A stretch of DNA of 64,000 nucleotides from Kiritimatiellia bacterium (lineage in GTDB: Bacteria > Verrucomicrobiota > Kiritimatiellia > RFP12 > DVOR01), in NCBI GenBank assembly GCA_017531445.1, contig JAFXKZ010000001.1:223037-287036 (forward strand), written 5' to 3'. Below the pieces are notes generated by a model. That model was given only the letters and a program-made list of their open reading frames with translations. It was not told the DNA's origin and ran no database searches. Made by a program: the position numbers and the translations under genes. This document shows, one piece after another, positions 47,609 to 57,104 of this stretch. Every line of letters begins with the position of its first letter. Positions within the stretch are counted from its first letter, which is position 1.

Positions 47609-48652
47609 ATGAGTTTGATTTGTCGGCATATTGAGCAACTTTCCGGGTATACACCGGGTGAGCAGCCCCGTTTTGAGGGCATGGTCAAGCTGAATACAAA
47701 CGAAAATCCCTATCCCCCCTCGCCGAAAGTGCAGGAAGCATTGGCGGCGTTTGATTGGCAAAAGTTGCGGTTGTATCCGGATCCGAATTGTTCCCGCTTG
47801 CGCACTTTGATTGCTGAATTGAATCATTGCCGGCCGGAACAGGTCTTTGTTGGAAATGGTTCGGATGAGATTTTGGCACTCTTTACACGCGCCTTTGTTG
47901 AAGTGGGCGGAACGGTCGGTTATTTTGAGCCTACATATTCGTTATACTCGGTGCTGACTGCAATCCGCGATGCAAAAGTGAAGCCGCTCGCTTTGCGGAG
48001 CGATTTTACAACACCGATGCCGGAAGCGGATTATTCGGATGTTTTTATTTGGACGAATCCCAATGCACCCACCTCGCTGATGGCTGATCCGGAGCAACTG
48101 AAGGCCTTTGCCGCAGCATTTAAGGGGGTGCTTCTGATTGATGAAGCGTATGCCGATTTTGCTGCTGCCAACTGTATGCCGCTTGCGGTCTCGCCCGGAA
48201 ATACAAATACACTCGTGATGCGCACCCTTTCAAAAAGCTACTCGCTGGCGGGAATTCGCTTCGGCTATTGCGTGGGGCCGCAACCGCTGATTGAGGCTTT
48301 GTATAAGATTAAAGACTCCTACAACATGGATGCTCTGGCGCAAGTTGTTGGATTGGCAGCCTTGAGTGATCAGGCGCATATGCGCACGAACGCCGAAAAG
48401 ATTATTGCCACGCGCACATCGCTTTCCGAGACGTTGAGGCAACGTGGTTGGGAAGTCTTGCAATCGGAAACGAATTTTTTGTTTGCCAAACCTCCCGTGG
48501 AGGCCGCTGCACTCTTTGCCGCTCTTCGGGAAGAGCACATCTTTGTGCGTTATTTCCCGGGTGAAAAAACCGGTGCCTATTTGCGGATTACCGTCGGTAC
48601 ACCGGCAGAGGTGGAGCGGCTGTTGACCGTGTTGGCCTGTTACAAAGCTTAA
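47609..48652 (+). CDS. hisC: histidinol-phosphate aminotransferase
   Basis: VKLNTNENPYPPSPKV is present. The PLP lysine region reads TLSKSYSLAGIRFGY. An internal Met start MSLICRH is used. Confidence 0.85.
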   Translation: MSLICRHIEQLSGYTPGEQPRFEGMVKLNTNENPYPPSPKVQEALAAFDWQKLRLYPDPNCSRLRTLIAELNHCRPEQVFVGNGSDEILALFTRAFVEVGGTVGYFEPTYSLYSVLTAIRDAKVKPLALRSDFTTPMPEADYSDVFIWTNPNAPTSLMADPEQLKAFAAAFKGVLLIDEAYADFAAANCMPLAVSPGNTNTLVMRTLSKSYSLAGIRFGYCVGPQPLIEALYKIKDSYNMDALAQVVGLAALSDQAHMRTNAEKIIATRTSLSETLRQRGWEVLQSETNFLFAKPPVEAAALFAALREEHIFVRYFPGEKTGAYLRITVGTPAEVERLLTVLACYKA

Positions 48653-48662
48653 GTGGAGAAGA

Positions 48663-49250
48663 ATGATGCGTGTTGCAGAAATCAAGCGTCAGACGCGTGA
48701 AACCGATATTACTCTCTCGCTGAATCTGGATGGAAGCGGGAACCACAAGATTTCAACCGGCATTGGTTTTTTTGATCATATGCTGGAACTTTTCGCACGG
48801 CATGCGTTGATTGATTTGGAATTGACGTGCAAAGGCGATCTGGAGGTGGATTATCATCATACCGTGGAAGATGTCGGTCTTGTGCTTGGGGCGGCGTTGG
48901 ATCAAGCCTTGGGCGATCGCAAAGGAATTGTGCGCTATGGGGCGATCATGCTTCCAATGGATGAAGCACGGGCAGATGTCTTGGTGGATTTAGGCGGACG
49001 GCCTTATCTCGTGTGGAAGATCTCGCATCCGGAGCAACATATCCGCGACTTCAATGTACAGTTATTGGAAGAGTTTATGCGTGCGTTCTGTACCAATGCC
49101 CGAATGAATCTGCATGTCGTGCAGCCGTATGGCGCAGAGGTGCATCATGCCTATGAAGCGGTTTTCAAAGGGCTTGCACGGGCATTGCGTTGCGCGGTGG
49201 CCTTTGATCCGCGTGAAACCGGCGTTCCTTCGAGTAAAGGGACGCTTTGA
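48663..49250 (+). CDS. hisB: imidazoleglycerol-phosphate dehydratase
   Basis: RQTRETDITLSLNLDGSG, GFFDHMLELFARHALIDL and HHTVEDVGLVLG are IGPD signatures. Confidence 0.9.
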   Translation: MMRVAEIKRQTRETDITLSLNLDGSGNHKISTGIGFFDHMLELFARHALIDLELTCKGDLEVDYHHTVEDVGLVLGAALDQALGDRKGIVRYGAIMLPMDEARADVLVDLGGRPYLVWKISHPEQHIRDFNVQLLEEFMRAFCTNARMNLHVVQPYGAEVHHAYEAVFKGLARALRCAVAFDPRETGVPSSKGTL

Positions 49251-49288
49251 AGCGGTGTTTTACCTGTTCCGTTCGACAGTAAAAAGGA

Positions 49289-50026
49289 TTGAATACGATG
49301 GTCATTTTGCCGGCAATTGATTTGATGGACAATTGTTGTGTGCGTTTGCGTCAGGGGCGCGCTGACCAACGCACGATTTATTCGGAAGATCCGCTGGCGC
49401 AAGCACGCGCATTCGCTGCTGAAGGTGCTGCGCACTTGCACGTGGTCGATCTGGATGGTGCTTTTGCCGGAGCACCGAAGCATACGGCTTTAATCGCAAA
49501 GATTGTGCAGGAATGCGGTCTTAAAGTTGAAGTTGGAGGCGGTCTGCGCACAGATGCCGCCGTAGCGGAAATCATGGAGACCGGCGTTGCCCGGGCGATT
49601 ATCGGCACACGTGCTTTGGAAGATACTGCGGCTCTCGCGCGCTGGGTGGCACAGTATGGCGAACGTATTGCTGTGGGTATTGATGCGCGAGGTGGATTTG
49701 TTCAGACCAAGGGATGGGTGGAAACTTCCACGGTAAAGGCGACAGATTTAGCCCGTCAGGTGGCTGATCTCGGGGTGCGGACAATCATTTATACCGATAC
49801 TGCAACAGATGGGATGCTTGGCGGTACAAATCTCACGGCGATGCGCGAGATGGCACAGGCGGTGCCGGAGGTAAAACTGATTGCTTCCGGCGGTATTTCG
49901 CTCCCGCAGCACGTGGCCGATTTAAGGCTGCTCGGATGTGACAATATTTGGGGCGCAATCGTGGGGAAAGCACTTTACGAGGGAATGACGAGCCTAACTG
50001 CGATGCTTGCCGCAGCGCAATCCTGA
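49289..50026 (+). CDS. hisA: ProFAR isomerase (1-(5-phosphoribosyl)-5-[(5-phosphoribosylamino)methylideneamino]imidazole-4-carboxamide isomerase)
   Basis: ILPAIDLMDNCCVRLRQG, HLHVVDLDGA and the C-terminal half-barrel region GGIS are present. Confidence 0.85.
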   Translation: MNTMVILPAIDLMDNCCVRLRQGRADQRTIYSEDPLAQARAFAAEGAAHLHVVDLDGAFAGAPKHTALIAKIVQECGLKVEVGGGLRTDAAVAEIMETGVARAIIGTRALEDTAALARWVAQYGERIAVGIDARGGFVQTKGWVETSTVKATDLARQVADLGVRTIIYTDTATDGMLGGTNLTAMREMAQAVPEVKLIASGGISLPQHVADLRLLGCDNIWGAIVGKALYEGMTSLTAMLAAAQS

Positions 50027-50061
50027 ACGGCTTATTTTTGTGTTCCTGCGGGTTGCATTTT

Positions 50062-50141
50062 GAAGATGGGCGAAATCTCTCTGAGGTTTCGCCCATCTTC
50101 GTTTGGCGTTTCGCCCATCTTTACGCCCAAGATGGGCGAAG
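50062..50141. repeat. two long perfect hairpins of the dispersed repeat family between convergent hisA and the GH18 gene (probable bidirectional terminators)
   Basis: gaagatgggcgaaa-(11 nt)-tttcgcccatcttc gives a 14-bp stem. tttcgcccatctt-(7 nt)-aagatgggcgaa gives a 12-13-bp stem. Confidence 0.6.
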
Positions 50142-50214
50142 ATGAAAAAGGATTCAGGCGGCACTTCGCTTTGCCAAGGGCATGAAGCAGAAAGGGGCCT
50201 GTGGATACGCCTTC

Positions 50215-52638
50215 TTAACGAAGGCGGAATTGGTAGCCGCTGCGAGTCAGCACCACGGGCAGACGCAAACGGTAAAAGCGGTTTGTTTCCGGATCGGTAA
50301 AGGTGACTGCGGCTGTTTGGGTGAGAGGGTCGGGCGACCCGATGCTAAATTCAAGCACGTGTTCGACGCCAGTAAGGGTAAACTCCGGAGCATCTGTTTT
50401 GCGGATGAGCCAATTACCGGAAAGTCCTGTTAGCGTAGATCCCCACGTATTTCCGCCAAAGAGCGCGCCGATGCGTTGCGAGCCGGAGAATGTGACGTTG
50501 TCGTAAATGACTGCGGAACAATCTGCGATTTTTTCGGAGCCGACATTGCAATTTCCGGCAATCGCCCCAATGCCCGGATAAGTGGAGCTTTCTTGAGCAA
50601 TCAGTTTTGCACCGGGCAGGAGGGTGCATGAAGAGGTATTGATGCGGAGGGTGTCGCTGGCAGCTCCTTGATTGAGATTTCCCACAAGGCCGCCGATGCG
50701 GCCGTTGCCGGAGACGGAGAGTGTGCCGGCAATCTCCGCAGAACAGTCGCGTATCTGTGCGGTAGCTTCGGCGGTCGCTGTATAGATTTCGCCAACGAGC
50801 GTGCCAACGGAATGCGTGCCTGTAAGTGAACTTTCGGCAAGCAGGCGCACATGGACATTTTCAAGGGTGCCGTTGGTAATAAGGTCTTGCGCAAGGATGC
50901 CGTTGGCTGTGATATCGCCTTGGACAATCACGGTGAGATTTTTGAGCGTTCCGGTGAGGCTGCCATTGATGAGCGCACCGCCTCCGGTGAGCGTAATGGT
51001 TTTCCCATTTCCGTCAATCGTGCCGCCAAAGCCTGTGGGGCGCAAATCCTCGGCTGTCAAAGTGATGTCGTTTTTAAGCGTGTAGTGCCCTTGCAGCATC
51101 ATTCCCCAATCGCTTGCGGAGGTGATTTGACCCGTGAGGGCATCGGTCTTCGGAGTAATGACTGTGGCAAGCGTGCGCGCAAGCGAGCGTTTGTCATCGA
51201 AGGAAACATCCATCTCATATGCCCAAATCATGGCTCCGAAGCCGGATGCCATCAAATCGGCCCCTTTCGTACGGATGGTGGCGATGGAATTGAAAGAATA
51301 GAATTTCCCACTGCCATCATTAAAGGGGATGATGTCGGTGGACTGAATGTAGTCCGGATAATTGTTACACACCCAGGCATAGCCGTATTGCTCCCACGTC
51401 AATTGACCATTGGTATGGGTGTTGGTGTAGAATGGAAGCCCGACATTGGTTTTCATCTTCGGCATCCCGACGGTCTCGGTTGCCACCGTTTTGCCTTGAT
51501 TGTGCAGCCACATCGGCGAGTGTCCATCGGCTGACGCTGAATCGTAGGTCATCAGATTGAGCATATCCAGTTGCTGATGCATCCCTTTGAGATCGGCAGA
51601 GGAGATGCCTTGCGAAAGAGCTTCGTTGAACTTGTATAAAGACATCGCCGAACTGAGCATTTTGCCGCCTCCGAGCGCGAAAAGCCGGGGGCGTAATTCG
51701 GTGACAAGCGCATCAAAACCGCGCCAATCTGCAGCAGAAGCAGGATATTCCCAATCGATATCCACGCCATCAAAGCCGAATTTTTCCACGCAGGCAATGA
51801 TGTTGTCAATCAAGGCGGCACGTGTCGTGGCATTTTGTGTGGCAGCAGAGAGTGCTTCTTTGCAGTGGGCAATCCCCATCAAAAGGCGTACCGGGCGATC
51901 GGCTCTTCCATCCCGAAGGGTGTTCAACCGCTCAGTAAAGGTGGCATCGGTGAATTGAACGCCGCCGGACCACCCGTGAACCAGACGGCCGTCGCTCGTG
52001 GCACACAGTTCAAAAAAGATGACTTCAGAAACAAGGTCGTAGTAGCGGTCGTCCCAATTGTGGGCGAATGCAGCCCGGTAGTAGGGAACGACGTGCCGGT
52101 CAAACTCATAGACCATGCCTGCGCCTTCCGGAGATTCATTCTGAATCATGCAGCGGATGCCATTGATGTGAATTTCGGAGAGCGAAATGTCGATTTCTGC
52201 TTGAGGAAGAGCGTTTTCGGTGATGCGGGCTGTTATCCAAAGTGTTTCGCCCGGTTTCAGAATGATGCTCGGCCCGGTGCCATTTTGCCAGAAATCAAAA
52301 GCAATTTGCCGTCCGTTCAAAGTTGGCGCAACACCGGTTAATTGGGTGGCGCGTGCGGGAGAAAACCCGGCAACCGTGCTTTTCCATAGTTTGAAATCGC
52401 TTAGTGTGGCGGGATCCGTTTGCTCGGAAAGCGTAGCGAAAAGCCGCCAAAAACGTTGGTCGCCGGAGAGCGAGACTTTTGCGCCAATTAACGGTTGATC
52501 CCACGCACCGCCTCGGTAATAAAGTCCTTGCGTCTGCGTCCCGGTTGCAGAATAATTGGGATTACCGTCTCCTGTGATATCAGCAAAAAGAAGAGCAGGA
52601 GTTAAGAAGAGCAGGAGCGGAAAGAGGCGTTTCATCAT
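50215..52638 (-). CDS. secreted GH18-family glycoside hydrolase (chitinase-like) with C-terminal beta-helix-like repeat region
   Basis: It has a signal peptide (MMKRLFPLLLFLTPALLFA). The GH18 catalytic motif is FDGVDIDWEYP. The C-terminal ~250 aa are rich in short G/T/N-containing repeats (GTLKNLTVIVQGDITANGILAQDLITNGTLENV...). Confidence 0.7.
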   Translation of the reverse strand: MMKRLFPLLLFLTPALLFADITGDGNPNYSATGTQTQGLYYRGGAWDQPLIGAKVSLSGDQRFWRLFATLSEQTDPATLSDFKLWKSTVAGFSPARATQLTGVAPTLNGRQIAFDFWQNGTGPSIILKPGETLWITARITENALPQAEIDISLSEIHINGIRCMIQNESPEGAGMVYEFDRHVVPYYRAAFAHNWDDRYYDLVSEVIFFELCATSDGRLVHGWSGGVQFTDATFTERLNTLRDGRADRPVRLLMGIAHCKEALSAATQNATTRAALIDNIIACVEKFGFDGVDIDWEYPASAADWRGFDALVTELRPRLFALGGGKMLSSAMSLYKFNEALSQGISSADLKGMHQQLDMLNLMTYDSASADGHSPMWLHNQGKTVATETVGMPKMKTNVGLPFYTNTHTNGQLTWEQYGYAWVCNNYPDYIQSTDIIPFNDGSGKFYSFNSIATIRTKGADLMASGFGAMIWAYEMDVSFDDKRSLARTLATVITPKTDALTGQITSASDWGMMLQGHYTLKNDITLTAEDLRPTGFGGTIDGNGKTITLTGGGALINGSLTGTLKNLTVIVQGDITANGILAQDLITNGTLENVHVRLLAESSLTGTHSVGTLVGEIYTATAEATAQIRDCSAEIAGTLSVSGNGRIGGLVGNLNQGAASDTLRINTSSCTLLPGAKLIAQESSTYPGIGAIAGNCNVGSEKIADCSAVIYDNVTFSGSQRIGALFGGNTWGSTLTGLSGNWLIRKTDAPEFTLTGVEHVLEFSIGSPDPLTQTAAVTFTDPETNRFYRLRLPVVLTRSGYQFRLR

Positions 52639-52877
52639 GGTGCCTTTCGGAACTTTTAGTTAGGATGGTGCCGATGACATAAGCTTTCGGGCGAGATGTG
52701 AAAAGAATCCCGCGGCCGTATGGCTGTGAAACAGGATGGACATTACTTTCGTAATGCATCACAATCGTACAATTCAGAGCGGCACGACCAATTGCGAAAC
52801 GGGAAAACCTTAACCCGTCCTTGGAACTTCTAAGAGCATGGTGTCGCTTGTTTTATTATTTGAAACCCCCGACAAGT

Positions 52878-53135
52878 TTATCGGTCGTTCGAGGGGGCAA
52901 CATCGGAACGGCGTTGAATCACGCCGGATGCTTCGAGTTTTTTGACGAATTGCGTCATCGCTTCATAGCTGCGCAAGAACGCTTGCGGCGTCATAATCAC
53001 GCGCTCAAAAGGACGCGGAATGGGGGTGTTGTTTTCAGGGTTGGGCTGCAACCGCATCAAATCCAGACGAATGGTTTGCTCTAACATATGGATTTGATAG
53101 ACTCCATCCGTGTAGACTTCATTTTCAATAGCCAT
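52878..53135 (-). CDS. small hypothetical protein (85 aa)
   Basis: The ORF lies immediately downstream of serC on the same strand, starting at MAIENEVYTDG. No motif was recognised. Confidence 0.35.
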   Translation of the reverse strand: MAIENEVYTDGVYQIHMLEQTIRLDLMRLQPNPENNTPIPRPFERVIMTPQAFLRSYEAMTQFVKKLEASGVIQRRSDVAPSNDR

Positions 53136-53148
53136 GACAGGATTCCTT

Positions 53149-54192
53149 TTATCCGTGGGTTCGCTCAAATTCTCGCATAAATGTGGTTAATTTGTCTACA
53201 CCGCTTTCCGGCATTGCGTTGTAGAGAGAGGCGCGAATGCCACCTTGTGATCGGTGACCTTTAAGCGCGATCAATCCCTCTTTTTCAGCCTCTGAAAGGA
53301 ATAATTCCTCCAGTGCCTGGCTGGGCAAACGGAAAGTGACGTTGGTGATGGAGCGTTCGTTTTCAGGTGCAATCGGACGCCAGAAAGCACTTTGGTCGAG
53401 CGTTGCGTAAAGTTTCTCTGCCTTGCGTTGATTTTGTCGCCAGAGCGTTTCGAGCCCACACGCAAGCATCCAATCGGTGATGTGACGTAGCGCATTGACA
53501 GCGAAAGTGTTGGGTGTGTGGTAAAGTCCGTTGGCCTTGGTATGTTCCAAATAACAGAACGCTGCAGGCAAATTACGCCGGGCATGCGAGAGGAATTCCT
53601 TCTCGGCAACCACAACAGAAAGCCCGGCAACGCCCAGATTTTTCTGTGCGCCGGCGTAGAAGAGTGCGTATTTCGTGTAGTCGCGCGGCGCGGAGAGGAT
53701 GTCGCTGCTCATGTCGGCACAAAGCGGCATTTCGCCCAATGTAATTGCTTGAGGCAATGCTGTGCCCGAGATGGTTTCATTGGTAGTCAAGTGAGTATAG
53801 ACCGCATGGGCATCAGGTACTTCATCCCAATGCCTGAGCACGCGCACCCGTGCGATTCGTGCGGCTTGTTGGGCAGCCTTTTCGCCCCAGTAGCCACGAA
53901 CGAGGTAATTGGCACAGTCTCCGGAGCGCAGGAAGTTGTAAGGCAGCATCGCAAATTGACCGGAGGCTCCGCCTTGAAGCAAGAGAATGGTATAACGATG
54001 GTCGAGATTCAGGAGTTTGTGTAGATTGGCCTCTGCCGCGGACTTCAGTTCACTATACAGACGTGTACGGTGCGACACTTCCAAGAGACCGCAGGAAGCA
54101 TCCCCCCAACGCAGCAAATCTTCGCGAAGGTGTTCAACGACTTCCGGAGGCAACATACCCGGTCCGGCGCAGAAATTATAGATGGGTGACAT
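53149..54192 (-). CDS. serC: 3-phosphoserine/phosphohydroxythreonine aminotransferase
   Basis: MSPIYNFCAGPGMLPPEVV is a canonical SerC N-terminus (NF.AGP..LP). Length is 347 aa. An AGGAA RBS is present. Confidence 0.9.
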   Translation of the reverse strand: MSPIYNFCAGPGMLPPEVVEHLREDLLRWGDASCGLLEVSHRTRLYSELKSAAEANLHKLLNLDHRYTILLLQGGASGQFAMLPYNFLRSGDCANYLVRGYWGEKAAQQAARIARVRVLRHWDEVPDAHAVYTHLTTNETISGTALPQAITLGEMPLCADMSSDILSAPRDYTKYALFYAGAQKNLGVAGLSVVVAEKEFLSHARRNLPAAFCYLEHTKANGLYHTPNTFAVNALRHITDWMLACGLETLWRQNQRKAEKLYATLDQSAFWRPIAPENERSITNVTFRLPSQALEELFLSEAEKEGLIALKGHRSQGGIRASLYNAMPESGVDKLTTFMREFERTHG

Positions 54193-54206
54193 GGCTATAT
54201 TCCTGA

Positions 54207-55076
54207 TTATGCGTTTGCCCAAGGTGGAAGCGCGGGAAGTACGCGCTCAAAGGCATCGATAAATGCCTGCTCTTTCTCCCGGGTGTAGTGTCCTTGAAGA
54301 AAGTCCTCATAGAGGCCGTTATTGAAACAGTCCCATGAGGCTTCTTCTTTGCCTGGAAGGATTGGGAAGAAACGGCAACCGAAACTTCTGGCAGCTTCAA
54401 GGTCGCCCGGCGCATCGCCGATCATGAGCACATGCTCTCTTGGGAAGCGGCCATCCGTAAGCACTGTCAGTTGTTTTACTTTGAGCCCCACCTCTTGTCC
54501 TGCGACATACTGGACATAATCAAGCAACCCCTGCTTACCCCAATCTTCGCGCAGGACGGCCTCCGGTGACTGGGAGACAATCCCGGTAGCACTGCGCCCT
54601 TGCATGGCTTGGAGTGCTTTGCGCGCGCCAGTGTAAGCAGGAAATTCTGCACCTGAAGCAACAATTTCGGCGTTAACGGTTTGACTCCAGTGCAGGAGTT
54701 TCTCCAAAAATGGAGAAGGATGCTCGTTTAGCCAAGCGGTAAGCCCCGGATTTCCCAGCGGCAATCCACTTTCGACAAAGCCGCGAAGTGCTTCAGTCGG
54801 CAGCAACGGGAAGCCTTTTTGCCGCACGGTTGGATGTTGATTGTAGGTCTCAAAATTGAGTAATATCGCCTTGAATCGCGAGATGCCGCGTGTGACAGAA
54901 TAGAGGTTTACGTAGTCGGCACATGCGAAATAAAGCGCAGCCTCTTCCGGAGAGAGTGCAAGCGTCTTTGCCATAAGCGGTTGAAGGAAGCCGTGTTGCT
55001 TGGCATCCATCGTGTCGACTACGCAACCATCGGAGTCCAATGCAACAAAAGTGGTGGGTGAAGAAACGTGTGTCAT
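54207..55076 (-). CDS. HAD-superfamily hydrolase (candidate phosphatase)
   Basis: HAD motif I is VALDSDGCVVD. The downstream region GDAPGDLEAA resembles motif IV (GD.xxD). It sits directly upstream of serC. Confidence 0.6.
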   Translation of the reverse strand: MTHVSSPTTFVALDSDGCVVDTMDAKQHGFLQPLMAKTLALSPEEAALYFACADYVNLYSVTRGISRFKAILLNFETYNQHPTVRQKGFPLLPTEALRGFVESGLPLGNPGLTAWLNEHPSPFLEKLLHWSQTVNAEIVASGAEFPAYTGARKALQAMQGRSATGIVSQSPEAVLREDWGKQGLLDYVQYVAGQEVGLKVKQLTVLTDGRFPREHVLMIGDAPGDLEAARSFGCRFFPILPGKEEASWDCFNNGLYEDFLQGHYTREKEQAFIDAFERVLPALPPWANA

Positions 55077-55873
55077 TTTATCTGCTCCGCTTTGACATCA
55101 TCCCAAATAGCATCCAGTTCTTGAAGGGAAAGCGTCCGCATTTCCTTTCCGGAAGCCTTCACTTTCGCTTCAACAGCACGGAATCTTCGGGAGAATTTTT
55201 CCGTTGCGGCTCGTAATGAGCTTTCGGCATCAATGTGTAAGAAACGGGCAAGATTGACGAAAGAGAAGAGCACATCGCCATATTCATCGGCGATTTCTTC
55301 GGCAGAACCGCGCTGAATAGCTTCACGTAATTCTGCAAGTTCTTCGTCAATTTTGGCAGTTGCGCCTGTCGCATCCGGCCAGTCAAACCCGACTTTCGCC
55401 GCTTTGTGTTGTGTTCTTTGGGCTTTAAGCAACGCCGGAAGCGCCTCCGGGACGCCGTCCAAGGCGGAACCTTCCGGCTTTTTGTGCTCGGTTTGTTTGA
55501 TTTGTTCCCAGTTCCGAAGCACGGTTTCGGTATCTTTTGCGTCAATATTCCCGAAGACGTGCGGATGACGGCGGATCAATTTGTCGGTAAGCGCATGGAC
55601 AACGTCATCAAAGGTGAAGTCGCCCTGGTCTTCACGAATGTCGGCTTGAAACAAGACTTGAAGCAATACGTCGCCCAATTCTTCGCAGTGGTTGCCGAGA
55701 TCCTCTCCTGCCATCGCTGCAAGGAGTTCGTAACATTCTTCTTGCAGGCAGGGTTGGATGGTTTGCAGTGTTTGTTCGCGATCCCATGGGCATCCATCCG
55801 GTGCCCGGAGTGCTTTCAGCACCCATCGCAGCCGTTCAAAGGGAGAGCTGAAATCGGTAGGGACAAGTTTCAT
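55073..55873 (-). CDS. mazG: nucleoside triphosphate pyrophosphohydrolase MazG
   Basis: Tandem MazG domains are present. The first reads CPWDREQTLQTIQPCLQEECYELLAAM ... EELGDVLLQV. The second is EEIADEYGDVLFSFVNLARFL. Confidence 0.85.
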   Translation of the reverse strand: MKLVPTDFSSPFERLRWVLKALRAPDGCPWDREQTLQTIQPCLQEECYELLAAMAGEDLGNHCEELGDVLLQVLFQADIREDQGDFTFDDVVHALTDKLIRRHPHVFGNIDAKDTETVLRNWEQIKQTEHKKPEGSALDGVPEALPALLKAQRTQHKAAKVGFDWPDATGATAKIDEELAELREAIQRGSAEEIADEYGDVLFSFVNLARFLHIDAESSLRAATEKFSRRFRAVEAKVKASGKEMRTLSLQELDAIWDDVKAEQIK

Positions 55874-55928
55874 GGAGAACTCCTGTAAAAGAATGAGATA
55901 AGTTTTTGCACATGAAGTGGGCAGAACG

Positions 55929-57104
55929 TCAAAACAGTTGCGAACAAAGTGAGAGAATCATGAGGAATATGAGGTTGCTTACTGTAAACAACAGAAGGTA
56001 ATGGCCAGCCTTTGCATCCGGTTCTTTGAGATAGATGCCGAGGGAAATAAGGCTGGCAAGGGAGGCAATTGGCGTACCAAAGCCTCCGAGGTTCACCCCG
56101 AACAGAAGGGCTTTCCAATCAGTTGTGAACGGTTCAAGCAGGATTGCTGCCGGGACGTTGGAGAGTATTTGACTGGCAATGGTGGCGGTGGCTTGCGTAT
56201 GCTGCTCCAGAAGTACAGAAAAAGTTTCCCGAATCCAAGCGATTTGCGCCAAATTCCCGGAGAAGATGAAAAAGCAGACAAAGGTGAAAAGGAGTGCGTA
56301 ATCAACGTGTTTCAGTGCGCTTCGCCCGAAAAGGAGCGCGTAAAGTGTGATGATTCCAAAGGTTATTGTGTCGGGAATCCAGCGGAAAACACTGCAAAGG
56401 CAGAGAATAAAGAGTGCGGTATAAATCTTGAGTTTGGGCGATTGTGGCGCGAAAGCAATTGCGCTTACGGCAGTGTTTAAGGGCGCATCTTTGAGGAATT
56501 GCGTCAATATCGCGAGGAGAAGACCGCCGAAGAGCGTTAATGGAAGCATCGCGATAAAGAAATCTGTCGCAGGGATTTCAAATGCGGTATAGAGGAACAG
56601 ATTTTGAGGATTTCCCACCGGCGTAGCCATAGAGCCAAGATTGGCAGCAACGGTTTGCAATACGAGCATTCCCGGAATGCGGTCACGAAGGTGAAGCCGG
56701 TCAAGCAAATAGATGGCAAACGGCGTGAGTGCGAGCAGGGCAACATCATTGGTGATAAGCATCGACAGCAGGAACGTGAGCTGGATCAACAGATGCGCAA
56801 TGGTGCGATAACGCGTGCGATCCTTGAGCAGATTTGCTGCAAGTGTCCGGAAAAGGGCGCATTCACGCATTCCTGCCACGACCACCATCAGGCAGAAAAG
56901 CAGATTGAGGGTGCGCCAGTCAATGGCACGATACCACTGTTCGGCCGGTGAGAAAATGAAAGAGAGTCCGGCCGCAACGCAAGCAAGCAGCATTACAAGA
57001 TGGGTTTTAAGCAAAGCCACACACTGCTCTTTGCGCGATGCAAGAGTGTTTGATTGAAGAAAGGATGTCTGTGGCGGATTGAAGACGGCTCTCCTTAAAA
57101 TCAA
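55929..57104 (-). CDS. anion permease of the ArsB/NhaD/CitMHS (IT) superfamily
   Basis: A polytopic protein. The conserved GNPQN motif appears in TPVGNPQNLFLY. Confidence 0.6.
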   Translation of the reverse strand: MILRRAVFNPPQTSFLQSNTLASRKEQCVALLKTHLVMLLACVAAGLSFIFSPAEQWYRAIDWRTLNLLFCLMVVVAGMRECALFRTLAANLLKDRTRYRTIAHLLIQLTFLLSMLITNDVALLALTPFAIYLLDRLHLRDRIPGMLVLQTVAANLGSMATPVGNPQNLFLYTAFEIPATDFFIAMLPLTLFGGLLLAILTQFLKDAPLNTAVSAIAFAPQSPKLKIYTALFILCLCSVFRWIPDTITFGIITLYALLFGRSALKHVDYALLFTFVCFFIFSGNLAQIAWIRETFSVLLEQHTQATATIASQILSNVPAAILLEPFTTDWKALLFGVNLGGFGTPIASLASLISLGIYLKEPDAKAGHYLLLFTVSNLIFLMILSLCSQLF

